Assembly (NCBI GenBank): GCA_944363575.1
Contig: CALVUJ010000002.1
Location: 1 to 42,439 of the forward strand
Source: an uncultured Bacilli bacterium
GTDB lineage: Bacteria > Bacillota_I > Bacilli_A > RFN20 > DUOF01
Direction of reading: 5' to 3'
DNA length: 42,439 bases
The notes beneath the pieces were generated by a model. It made no database searches. It worked only from the letters and a program-made list of their open reading frames with translations, and had not been told where the DNA came from. Positions 28,277-37,025 of this stretch are shown here, in pieces; within the stretch, counting starts at the first letter, position 1; each line of letters begins with the position of its first letter. Made by a program: the position numbers and the translations under genes.

Positions 28277-30706
28277 TTTAAACACACTCTCTTCCTCTTT
28301 ACTTATAATTATTTTTTCAATAATTAACCTTTGCCCAGGAGAAACAATAAACAAACATTGACCAATACCAGCATTACCAATAAAAATTCTCTCTTCATCA
28401 GAAAACCCACCAACCGAAGCATAAAGATCCATCAAGGCCTGCAAATCCGCAGGATTCAAACCAAATATAAACGAATATTGACAACCATTTATGATTGCCG
28501 TCGTATACTTCTTAATATTTGCACTACCAACAAAATCATTAACGTTTTGAGTGATAACTACAAAAATACCATTATACTTTCTTATACGCTTAACCATATT
28601 AAACATAAATTGTAATGCTGCTGGACTCTTCTCATCAATAAACACATGGGCCTCATCTACCGCTATCGCAATATAATGATCTTCTCCCTTTAACAAATTT
28701 CTTTCCCTATTCTTACTAACTTCATTTTCCAAAAACCTAAGCACAAGCATCATTTGAGCATTCATAACTTTATCATTTTTAGAATCATTCATCTTCTTAA
28801 AATCAAACAAAATAAAATCAGATGTTTTAGTATTAATCGTAGTCTCACCATTCCAAAGTGTAGCCAAAGAACCCCCACTACTCATCCTCTTCAAATAAAC
28901 TTCAAGATTCCTTAAATCATTCAACTCATCGCCCAAATCTGCTGCCCTATTAGAATCCTTAGTAATAATTGCTGCTAACTCATTAACTCGCCATTTAACA
29001 AGATTCATCAAATCATCAATAATAGGAAAATCCTTAGCCTCTAAACTTTGAAAATCCGTAGTTTCCTCAATTTTCTTTTGTTTATAAACTTCTACAATAA
29101 GAGAAGATAATCTCGCCACTTCCTTATCTGTTAAATCAGGAATTAAACTTTGAAAAAATTGTTCCAAAAATTGAATGTGTGAAGAGAAAGCAGCTCTTCT
29201 CAAACTATTAGCATTCTCTTCTCCAACTTCATCCTCATCTTGCAACTGCCCAAAAATATGAAAAGGATTAATACGCGAATCTACTGCTGCACCAACATCA
29301 ATCATTTGCCCGCCTAATTGCTTACAAATAATTTTATATTCACCCTCAGGGTCAATAATATATGTCTTAATATCTTGAAGCAACAACCTTAAAATCATTT
29401 TCTTCGTAAAATGTGATTTACCAGAACCAGATTTACCAATAATCATAATATTTGAGTTAGTTCTAGCCGGATTTCTAACCGTAGGATCAAAGAAAATCAA
29501 ATTAGTCTTATTATTACCTAATAAAAAACCTTTTTCATCCTCTAATGCTTGAAACACAAAAGGAAAACCAGCACCCAAACTCAAACAAGGAATATCCCTA
29601 CCATGATCTAACATAACATCATCCCTAGGAGTAGGAAGCATACTAATATACCCATCTAACTGCCTACACAACAACTTATCTGGTTTCATGGAATTTTGTT
29701 TAATAGCAGATGATACAGAATGTGATATAACCTTCAAATCTTTATCATTATCACTATAAGCCATTATCATTACATTAACTCTCTTTAAAACCTCACTACC
29801 TCTTTCAATCTCTTCCAAAATATACAAAAATGACTCTAACTGTGCTTGCTTAGCTATATCTTGCGAAGACTTATTCTTATTAAGCAACTGTGTCCTAACT
29901 TCCGTAATAGCTTTATCCATCAAATTTCTAGCCTCTGTCGTAGGAACATTCTCAATATTAATAACACAACTAGTATTATCTATATTCACTAAAGGAGCCA
30001 ACCAACTTGCATTAACATTCATAGGAAAATCTAAAACAGAAAAAGTAGTCGCATACATCGTATCAGTCTTAATCCTAGTAGTATTAAACTCTAAAAAATC
30101 TGGAAGAATATCATTAATATAATTTTCATTATCAACAAAATCATCCATTGTCTTTTGTCCAATAGGATTATACATATGATAAAACAAATACTTAATTTCT
30201 AAATCCCCACACTCAACAGGATCCACCTTCAATTGTGAAAACCTAGAAAAAACATCATCATATAACAACTTAAACTCCTCTGGATCTTTCCCATAAACAA
30301 TAAAATAAAACTCATTACTCAAAATATTAGCTTCATTATTAAAATACTCTAACCTTCTTTTTTCAAAATTAACTTGCTTTAATCTATTATTATAACCTTC
30401 CTCATTCATATTACCTTCTCTAAATTTACGATGCTGAATCTTAAGAAGTTCCTTTTGCTGCTCTATCTGCCTAGTTAAATCCATAGGCCTCTCCAACTTA
30501 ACAATACTGCAATCCCATTGAATAGAAGCCAAAATAGAAGCAAACTGATTTATTTTAACCTTCTGCTCTTCACTATCCAACAACAACAAATTCAAACTAT
30601 TTATCTTAATAACCCTCGCCAACATATTATTATGGTAAGTAACAACACCATCCTTAATCGATTTAACAGCAATAAAACTAGAAATATCTGCTCCTTTTTT
30701 CTTCAT
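28274..30706 (-). CDS. VirB4/ConE/TcpF-family conjugation-type ATPase (paralog 2)
   Basis: Walker A IGKSGSGKSHFTKKM, IIDPEGEY, IAVDEAHVFIDE. ~65% aa identity to paralog 1 overall, >90% over the C-terminal 140 aa. Start set at MKKKGADISS (RBS AAGGAG). The 22-codon upstream extension in the track ORF lacks an RBS. Confidence 0.85.
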   Translation of the reverse strand: MKKKGADISSFIAVKSIKDGVVTYHNNMLARVIKINSLNLLLLDSEEQKVKINQFASILASIQWDCSIVKLERPMDLTRQIEQQKELLKIQHRKFREGNMNEEGYNNRLKQVNFEKRRLEYFNNEANILSNEFYFIVYGKDPEEFKLLYDDVFSRFSQLKVDPVECGDLEIKYLFYHMYNPIGQKTMDDFVDNENYINDILPDFLEFNTTRIKTDTMYATTFSVLDFPMNVNASWLAPLVNIDNTSCVINIENVPTTEARNLMDKAITEVRTQLLNKNKSSQDIAKQAQLESFLYILEEIERGSEVLKRVNVMIMAYSDNDKDLKVISHSVSSAIKQNSMKPDKLLCRQLDGYISMLPTPRDDVMLDHGRDIPCLSLGAGFPFVFQALEDEKGFLLGNNKTNLIFFDPTVRNPARTNSNIMIIGKSGSGKSHFTKKMILRLLLQDIKTYIIDPEGEYKIICKQLGGQMIDVGAAVDSRINPFHIFGQLQDEDEVGEENANSLRRAAFSSHIQFLEQFFQSLIPDLTDKEVARLSSLIVEVYKQKKIEETTDFQSLEAKDFPIIDDLMNLVKWRVNELAAIITKDSNRAADLGDELNDLRNLEVYLKRMSSGGSLATLWNGETTINTKTSDFILFDFKKMNDSKNDKVMNAQMMLVLRFLENEVSKNRERNLLKGEDHYIAIAVDEAHVFIDEKSPAALQFMFNMVKRIRKYNGIFVVITQNVNDFVGSANIKKYTTAIINGCQYSFIFGLNPADLQALMDLYASVGGFSDEERIFIGNAGIGQCLFIVSPGQRLIIEKIIISKEEESVFK

Positions 30707-30720
30707 AATGATACTCCTTT

Positions 30721-30799
30721 CAAAACAAATAAAGGCCCAAAGGCCTTTATCTCCACACAGGCTCATTCTCATTGTAAATTAACCCATGTTTTTTTTCAA
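30721..30799 (-). promoter_or_regulatory. Putative internal promoter (TTGAAA-17-TACAAT, 30771-30799) plus terminator-like leader hairpin (AAAGGCC-uuug-GGCCUUU + AUUUGUUUUG, 30721-30748) immediately upstream of the VirB4-like-2 RBS
   Basis: Read directly from the minus strand between the stop of the VirB6-like-2 gene (30827) and the ATG at 30706. Confidence 0.4.
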
Positions 30800-30826
30800 C
30801 ATATCACCAACTTTTTGTTTATTCAA

Positions 30827-33800
30827 CTACTTTTTATTGTTTCTTTCTTTAATTTCTACCTTAATATCATCAATCTTTCTCCTATGCCCAATAACTTCAT
30901 GAATAGCATTCTTAACTTTTTCTAATGTATTAGGATTCTTATTAGCAGCAAACTCTCTCATCGCATCATATGCTGTAGACAAACTATTAGCATAATCACT
31001 ATTTGCTCTCTTATACCTATCTAACAAAGCATTCTTATAAGAAGTTGGTTTTCCGTTATAATCAACTTCTTCAGAACCACCCTTAATTCGACCAATCGTC
31101 TTAACCATTGCATCAATCTTCACACCAGCATCTAAATCATGCGAATATTGAATAGCATCATATGCCATACTCTCTAATCTTTGAGCATCCGCTGCTGGAT
31201 CAAACACACCTTGTCCTCCAACAAGTGAATTACCATCAAACTTAGTAGTATCAAGAGAATGAGCAATGCCATCTAAAGCACTAGTTTGAACATCTATCAC
31301 TATCTTTTCTCTAGGTCCCCTAGCACCAGAATTCCTTCTAGGTTTTGGTGTTCCTCCACCTGCACTTCCTCCTGGTGTTGGTGTGCCTGTTCCACCTGTG
31401 TTTGCTTGATTACTACTATTATTATTTTGATGAACTCTCACTTCAACAGCAGGTCCTTGTTGTGCTTGTTGAGTTTGTGGTCTTGGTTGAGTAGTTGTAT
31501 TTTGTGGTCTTGGTTGAGTAGTTGTATTTTGTGGTGTTGGTTGATTATTTCCTCCAACAGTAGTTACTGTTACCTCAGGCGAAACTTCTGAATTCCCACG
31601 AATATTTTGTTGAGCTGTACGAAGAGGTGTAGCCCTTTTAACTGATTTAGCACCAAGTTTATTTATACCAGATACATTAACCTTTTTGAATTTATTATAT
31701 TTCTTCACTTGCTTTTCATTAATTTTGTTTAACTTTCTCTCTAATTTATCCGCTTTTGCGTTATCTCCACTATTTCTCATTACCGCAATATCAGATTCAA
31801 TTTGACTATACCTATCAGCATATTCTTTATAAGATTGATTGTTAGCTAAATTCTTCGCACTCTTTTTCTTAACATCTCCATATGTACTCCTCATAACTTC
31901 ACTCAATCCATCAGAAGCTTTAGCTAAAGCATCCTTCTTCTTAACTACAGCAGCTCTAGCCTCATTAACTTCTTTTTCAGATTTAGTACTATCAGAACGA
32001 ACTTCGTTATATTTATTAATTGCATCCGTATATTCCTTTCTAGCATTTGAATAATCAGACATCTTCGTTTGTAAGTTCTCATTTGCCTTTCCAGTAACAT
32101 CAACTGCCGTTCTTTGAACAGAAGCTGCATCATTTCCCATTCTGTCAAGACTGCTAGCACCAGAATCAACATTCATTGATTGATTTCTAGAAGACACTTC
32201 TTGTTGTAAATTAGTTGTCGCCGTTTGTAGTTCCTTTGAAGTTCCTTTTACTTTATTCTCAGCTTCTTTTTTCTGTTGCTCCCATTCATCTTTTTTCATT
32301 CCAGCAGGTTTCTTTTGTGAAATATTTTTATATTCTGTTAGAGCTTTATCATGTTTTGTTCTTGCTTCATCAAAATTAATACGCAACTTATCATATTGTT
32401 GTAAATTATTTCCCGCCGTTTCTAGTTCCTTTGAAGTTCCTTTTACTTTATTCTCAGCTTCTTTTTTCTGTTGCTCCCATTTATCATTTTTCATTCCAAG
32501 AGGTTTCTTCTTTGAAATCTTGTTATATTCTTCTTGAGCTTTTTCATGATTTGCTTTTGCTTTATCAAAATTATTACGCAACTCATCATTACCAGATACA
32601 CCATCCATCATATTTGAAGCTTCACTAACTTTATTTGCTGTCTCTGCAACATCATCACCCATTGTCTCAGTATTCCACTTAGACTCATCTGTATAATCTC
32701 TAGCATTCATTTCATTTACAGCATTGGCACTATTATTAACTGCCTCATCAGCATCCAATGCAGATTGAACCCTATCCATTGAATCATGAACACCAATATT
32801 ACCACTATTTAATACTCTCTTCTCAGCTTTGGTAACCTTATCTGCTGAACCAGGTTGACTCACTACATTATTATTCTTACTATTTTTACCTTTACCGTTT
32901 TTACCGTTTTCTTTCTTCTTTTGATTAGCTGACTTAGCCACAAATTTACCAACTTGTCGCTTAGTTTGATCAATCGTACCATGAACTGTTGACTCAACAG
33001 CACTGGCAACGCCACCCCAACCTGCAGCTTGAAGAACTGCTTTTGATAATATTCCAGCAGTAGATAAACCTGCTTTTGCAGCAGTTCCTGCGACACCAAG
33101 TGAAGTTGTACCAAGAGCAAGTAACCCTCTACCAGCCAAACCAAGAATGTTTCGACCAATATTCTTTTTAACACCTTGACGAGATAATGTTCCACGTGCT
33201 CCAATTCTTCCATTTGTATCTCCACCTTGAGGTGTTCCACCTGATCCATTTGCTGGTGCTGCTGATGTTGCTGATGCTCCGTCATTTGAGCCATCTTCTG
33301 GTGCTCCATCACCTGCGTTATCTGATGGTGCTGCTGCCTCTTCTGGTGCTCCATCACCTGCGTTATCTGCTGGTGCTGGCCCACCTGATCCTGGTGTTGC
33401 CGTTTCTGGTCCTGGCCCACCTGGTCCTGGTGTTGGTGTCTCTTTTTCTTCATTTTCTGGTGGACCTTCTTTTGGTTTAGGCTTCAATTTCCTCGCTCCT
33501 TTAACTGCAGAAAGTCCAAAACCAACAGTCGCACCAACTGCTTGTTTCGTTATGTCTAGAGCAGCTCCACCAACTGCTTTTGCCGCACCCATAACTGCTT
33601 GTCCACTAGCTCCCAACTCCATAGATGAGCTTCCTCCTGAAAGTAATGGAGTTATTGTTGCATCAATATCTGCAATCGCACCTACTCCAGCAACTATAAG
33701 CATTGCTTTTCCTAAAGCATTGATAGCGCTATCAACCCAAGATGGCTCTGTCCCCCCATAATACAAGAAACTTACATCATTACGCAACTCTAAAATCAAA

Positions 33801-34852
33801 TTATTGCTCTCTATAATATTACTAATTGACGTTGCTGCATCAGTAGAATCATAAGCATATTTTGCAACATCCAAATCATTGATAGCTCCAAGCATAAGGA
33901 AAAAAATCATAAACGACATTACACAACCAACGACCTTTAATGCTTCTTCCATAACTTTTTTTAACCATTGTTTGAATTTAGTACCGCCATCCAAAACAAT
34001 TTGAGAAATTGGTGATGGAGCAACGATAAAATATGCTACTAATTTATATAATCTTGTAACCATCGCAACCATCATTTTACCAACATTTAAAATTAAAATA
34101 AGACCAACAAAAATAAATATATACCAATGGAAATAAGATTGTTCTACCTGCGTACCATTAATTGAAAGTGATCCTACCCATTTTTCGGCAGTACTTTCAT
34201 TTATATAATAGTGAAAGAAAGTATCGCCCGAATACCATCCAAAATTATTCGGATCATACAATTCAGAATTAGGCAATGAAAAAGCAACCGCTCTAACACT
34301 TTGCCCTCCATCGTCCCAGCACATATTAAAGAGCATGGTACCTATTCCGCCTCCGCCATAACCCATTGCACGCATAACTAAAACTGCTAGCATACCGGAA
34401 ACTTCAAGCAAAAAAGTAAAAATAGGAATAACACAAATAAAAGCAAGAAAACTTAAGGCAACATCTCTAAAAATAGGAGCTTTAGAACGTGGCCCCGCTC
34501 TATCAAAATAATCTTGTTTAATAATTTTAGCAATGGCAAAAACAATTACTAGACCTAATGCTATTAAAGACAAATATATATATGCACTTCTAAATTCCTC
34601 TCTAGCTACAAAAAAGTTAACAATATCAACTTGTCCCTCATCTATACTTGTTGCCGATTCATCAAAAACAGGTGTAACCCCTGCAAATATAAAAAAAAGT
34701 TGAGTTAGTAAGTCAAGAACCCATGCTATTGCCTTAATAATTCCAAAATAAATACCATAAATAAACTTCCAAAAAGTATTTGTAATACCCCTAACGACAC
34801 CATCAATAAGACCTTGTAACCATTCCCAAAACAGGAAATTTATTCTTAACAT
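30827..34852 (-). CDS. VirB6/TrbL/ConG-like polytopic membrane protein (paralog 2) with ~900-aa repetitive C-terminal extension (G/P/T/A-rich linkers, coiled-coil repeats, Q/T/P-rich 9-aa repeats)
   Basis: N-terminal 440 aa homologous to paralog 1 (FWKFIYGIYFGIIKAIAWVLDLLTQLFF vs FWKIVYAVGNLIDVITGLFYKLVG; DGGTKFKQW block). The C-terminal region has internal DNA tandem repeats at 31484-31560, 32227-32590 and 33295-33440. Confidence 0.7.
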   Translation of the reverse strand: MLRINFLFWEWLQGLIDGVVRGITNTFWKFIYGIYFGIIKAIAWVLDLLTQLFFIFAGVTPVFDESATSIDEGQVDIVNFFVAREEFRSAYIYLSLIALGLVIVFAIAKIIKQDYFDRAGPRSKAPIFRDVALSFLAFICVIPIFTFLLEVSGMLAVLVMRAMGYGGGGIGTMLFNMCWDDGGQSVRAVAFSLPNSELYDPNNFGWYSGDTFFHYYINESTAEKWVGSLSINGTQVEQSYFHWYIFIFVGLILILNVGKMMVAMVTRLYKLVAYFIVAPSPISQIVLDGGTKFKQWLKKVMEEALKVVGCVMSFMIFFLMLGAINDLDVAKYAYDSTDAATSISNIIESNNLILELRNDVSFLYYGGTEPSWVDSAINALGKAMLIVAGVGAIADIDATITPLLSGGSSSMELGASGQAVMGAAKAVGGAALDITKQAVGATVGFGLSAVKGARKLKPKPKEGPPENEEKETPTPGPGGPGPETATPGSGGPAPADNAGDGAPEEAAAPSDNAGDGAPEDGSNDGASATSAAPANGSGGTPQGGDTNGRIGARGTLSRQGVKKNIGRNILGLAGRGLLALGTTSLGVAGTAAKAGLSTAGILSKAVLQAAGWGGVASAVESTVHGTIDQTKRQVGKFVAKSANQKKKENGKNGKGKNSKNNNVVSQPGSADKVTKAEKRVLNSGNIGVHDSMDRVQSALDADEAVNNSANAVNEMNARDYTDESKWNTETMGDDVAETANKVSEASNMMDGVSGNDELRNNFDKAKANHEKAQEEYNKISKKKPLGMKNDKWEQQKKEAENKVKGTSKELETAGNNLQQYDKLRINFDEARTKHDKALTEYKNISQKKPAGMKKDEWEQQKKEAENKVKGTSKELQTATTNLQQEVSSRNQSMNVDSGASSLDRMGNDAASVQRTAVDVTGKANENLQTKMSDYSNARKEYTDAINKYNEVRSDSTKSEKEVNEARAAVVKKKDALAKASDGLSEVMRSTYGDVKKKSAKNLANNQSYKEYADRYSQIESDIAVMRNSGDNAKADKLERKLNKINEKQVKKYNKFKKVNVSGINKLGAKSVKRATPLRTAQQNIRGNSEVSPEVTVTTVGGNNQPTPQNTTTQPRPQNTTTQPRPQTQQAQQGPAVEVRVHQNNNSSNQANTGGTGTPTPGGSAGGGTPKPRRNSGARGPREKIVIDVQTSALDGIAHSLDTTKFDGNSLVGGQGVFDPAADAQRLESMAYDAIQYSHDLDAGVKIDAMVKTIGRIKGGSEEVDYNGKPTSYKNALLDRYKRANSDYANSLSTAYDAMREFAANKNPNTLEKVKNAIHEVIGHRRKIDDIKVEIKERNNKK
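31484..31560. repeat. 27-bp tandem repeat (x~2.7) encoding QPRPQNTTT units
   Basis: tttgtggtcttggttgagtagttgtat repeated at 31484 and 31511, with a partial third copy. Confidence 0.75.
32227..32590. repeat. Two tandem ~195-bp (65-codon) direct repeats inside the VirB6-like-2 gene (EQQKKEAENKVKGTSKEL... coiled-coil unit)
   Basis: Copy 1 from 32227 and copy 2 from 32422. The first ~80 nt are nearly identical (gttcctttgaagttccttttactttattctcagcttcttttttctgttgctcccat). Confidence 0.8.
33295..33440. repeat. 45-bp and 33-bp short tandem repeats encoding the G/P/A/D-rich linker (DNAGDGAPE...; GPGPPG...)
   Basis: cttctggtgctccatcacctgcgttatctg at 33295 and 33340. ggcccacctg(a/g)tcctggtgttg at ~33377 and ~33410. 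Confidence 0.65.
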
Positions 34853-34939
34853 ACTACTACCTCCCCTTGAGTTTAAAATAAAAAAGAAAGCTAGAAAGCT
34901 TTCTTATCACCAACTAGCGGTTATTTTTTTTCCTCTTTA

Positions 34940-35269
34940 TTAGCTTGCTTGTTTAGCAAAATAACTCAATAGTATTTGAGCAACTGCTGCAACACCGTAA
35001 CCGATAGCAACACCAATTACTAACCACTTTAATGAGCCTATTTTTTCTTGCCTTACTTGTGGTTCATCTGCAGCTTTAACAATTTGAACACCTAGCAAAG
35101 CACCTTTAATAACCAACAACACACCTAGTACAATATAAATTATAACTAGCAATGTATTAGCAACATCAATAACAGTTGCCATTGCATCAGAAAGTCCAGA
35201 ATCCCCAATATTTGTAGAAGTATCAATTGAAGGACCACTTAAAAATGCCATTAACCTCATTAAACTCAT
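34940..35269 (-). CDS. Small 2-TM protein; possible VirB2/TrbC pilin-like or other T4SS membrane component
   Basis: 109 aa. Polar N-terminus then two hydrophobic helices (LLVIIYIVLGVLLVIKGALLGV; WLVIGVAIGYGVAAVAQILL). First gene of module 2, with its own promoter. Confidence 0.4.
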   Translation of the reverse strand: MSLMRLMAFLSGPSIDTSTNIGDSGLSDAMATVIDVANTLLVIIYIVLGVLLVIKGALLGVQIVKAADEPQVRQEKIGSLKWLVIGVAIGYGVAAVAQILLSYFAKQAS

Positions 35270-35295
35270 ATTTTACCCTTCCTTTCTCTAATATA

Positions 35296-35340
35296 CCCAA
35301 ATTATAGCATACAAATTTTTTTTAAAACAATAAAATGTCC
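35296..35340 (-). promoter_or_regulatory. Promoter with extended -10 (TGcTATAAT on the minus strand) for module 2
   Basis: Minus strand reads TTGTTTtaaaaaaaatttgtaTGCTATAAT, then RBS GAAAGGAAGGG before ATG 35269. Confidence 0.5.
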
Positions 35341-35431
35341 TCAAATGTTATCATTTTTCAACACATTTATTTGTTTCTACGCTCATTTTACAACAATTAA
35401 TACCAAAAAGATAGTATTTTTTTATTTACAC

Positions 35432-35459
35432 ACAAAAAAACTACACCTGAGTGTAGTCT
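35432..35459 (-). terminator. Intrinsic terminator after spoIVA
   Basis: Minus strand reads AAAGACTACACtcagGTGTAGTTTTTTT. Confidence 0.65.
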
Positions 35460-36938
35460 TTAAAAAACAATTGCAATTAAGTTTGTCTTACCCTTATTAG
35501 CTAAAGTCTTCATTAAATTCTGCAATTTAACTCTAGTAGAATCTGGTAAAGTAGTAAGTTTTGCTTTTATCCCATCATTTATAACATCTCCCATATTTCT
35601 ACCAAACATTTCTTTATTAAAGATTGCTTTAGGATCAACTTCCATCCCTTCTCCTAAATAATCTACTAAAGATTCACTTTGCTCCTTAATTCCTATAATT
35701 GGTTCAAAACTTGTCTCCACATCTACTTTAATAATATGTAACGTTGGTGCTTTCGCTTTAACTTTTACCCCATATCTATTACCCTGCTTAATTAATTCTG
35801 GTTTATCTATCACAATATCATCTAAACTAGGAGTAGCAAACCCATATCCTGTAGTTTTTGCCATTTCCACTGCCCCTGACAACTGCTCGTACTCTTTTTT
35901 AAGTTTGGCATACTCCTGCATAACCCCCAAAAGCACTACCGGATCATCAATATCAAACCCCATAACTTCTTTTAACACTTTTTCATATAAATCATCTTTC
36001 ATTTCAATAGATGTTTTAACAACACCAGTTGAAGTATCTACATCTACTATTCTAAAAGAAGTAACATTTTCATTTCCTTCCACAATTTCGCCAATTCCAT
36101 CAACATCTTTAACTTTCTTAGCAAAATTCATTGCTTCATAAATAGAATCTTTCAAGCTTTTTCTCAACCAATGTTCCCCATCTAAGACATTAACCCAACT
36201 AGGCAACTCTACTTCAATATTAGCAAGAGGAAACTCATACAAAGCTTCTTTCAACACTTTACTAACATCATCATTATTCAAAGTCTCAATATTAAGCCCT
36301 AAAACAGGAACATTATACTTACTCTTTAAATCATTAACAATTTTTAACACTTTTTCACTACTAGGATCCTTACTATTAACAATAACAATAAAAGGTTTTC
36401 CTAACTTAACTAACTCATCAATAATTTCATTTTCTGCCTCTACATAATTAGCCCTATCAATATCGGTAATAGAACCATCTGTAGTAACAACAATTCCAAT
36501 CGTAGAATGATCACTAATAACTTTTTGTGTTCCTATTTTAGCAGCCTCATCAAAAGGAATCGCATCCTCAAACCATGGAGTCTTAACCATCCTTACTCCT
36601 TCATCATCTCTATAACCCTTCGCATCTTTAATTACATATCCTACACAATCCACTAATCTAACATTAATATTCAAACTATCCTCAACATTAATCATAACTG
36701 AATTATTAGGCACAAACTTAGGCTCCATTGTCATAATAGTCTTACCTACTCCTGATTGAGGTAACTCATCAATCGTTCTTTTCTTATCTCCTTCATCACT
36801 AATATTAGGAATAATCGCTAATTCCATAAACTTCTTAATAAAAGTAGACTTACCACTCCTAACAGGACCCACTACCCCAAAATATAAATCTCCATTAGTT
36901 CTAGTCCCAATGCTCTTTAATAATTCTCTAGTATTCAC
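35460..36938 (-). CDS. spoIVA: Stage IV sporulation protein A (spore coat morphogenetic ATPase)
   Basis: N-terminus GDLYFGVVGPVRSGKSTFIKKFMELAIIPNI matches the SpoIVA Walker A region. 492 aa, the typical length. Confidence 0.85.
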   Translation of the reverse strand: MNTRELLKSIGTRTNGDLYFGVVGPVRSGKSTFIKKFMELAIIPNISDEGDKKRTIDELPQSGVGKTIMTMEPKFVPNNSVMINVEDSLNINVRLVDCVGYVIKDAKGYRDDEGVRMVKTPWFEDAIPFDEAAKIGTQKVISDHSTIGIVVTTDGSITDIDRANYVEAENEIIDELVKLGKPFIVIVNSKDPSSEKVLKIVNDLKSKYNVPVLGLNIETLNNDDVSKVLKEALYEFPLANIEVELPSWVNVLDGEHWLRKSLKDSIYEAMNFAKKVKDVDGIGEIVEGNENVTSFRIVDVDTSTGVVKTSIEMKDDLYEKVLKEVMGFDIDDPVVLLGVMQEYAKLKKEYEQLSGAVEMAKTTGYGFATPSLDDIVIDKPELIKQGNRYGVKVKAKAPTLHIIKVDVETSFEPIIGIKEQSESLVDYLGEGMEVDPKAIFNKEMFGRNMGDVINDGIKAKLTTLPDSTRVKLQNLMKTLANKGKTNLIAIVF

Positions 36939-37025
36939 TTATATTTCCTCCTCATTTTTACTTATTATTACTTATGCACTAAAAAAAACATTTATTACAC
37001 TAAAAATAAAAAGGGATTTCTCCCT

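Noticed and set aside
28274-30772. 22-codon N-terminal extension of VirB4-like-2 (MRMSLCGDKGLWAFICFERSII)
   Set aside because: The upstream ATG has no RBS and the extension runs through a terminator-like hairpin. An internal ATG at 30706 has a perfect AAGGAG RBS and matches the paralog's N-terminus.
32863-33453. 196-aa minus-strand ORF rich in HQ repeats (MKKKRHQHQDQVGQ...) and plus-strand ORFs 31286..31591, 31839..32054, 32431..32628, 33187..33480, 33552..33761
   Set aside because: All lie inside the 1341-aa VirB6-like gene in alternative frames or antisense, and arise from its low-complexity repetitive sequence. No independent RBS.
23453-35269. Interpretation as a complete integrative conjugative element or conjugative transposon
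   Set aside because: No integrase or recombinase, relaxase, VirD4/FtsK-like coupling ATPase, VirB8-like protein or cell-wall hydrolase is present. Flanks are core genes with the same composition. No flanking direct repeats or tRNA were seen.
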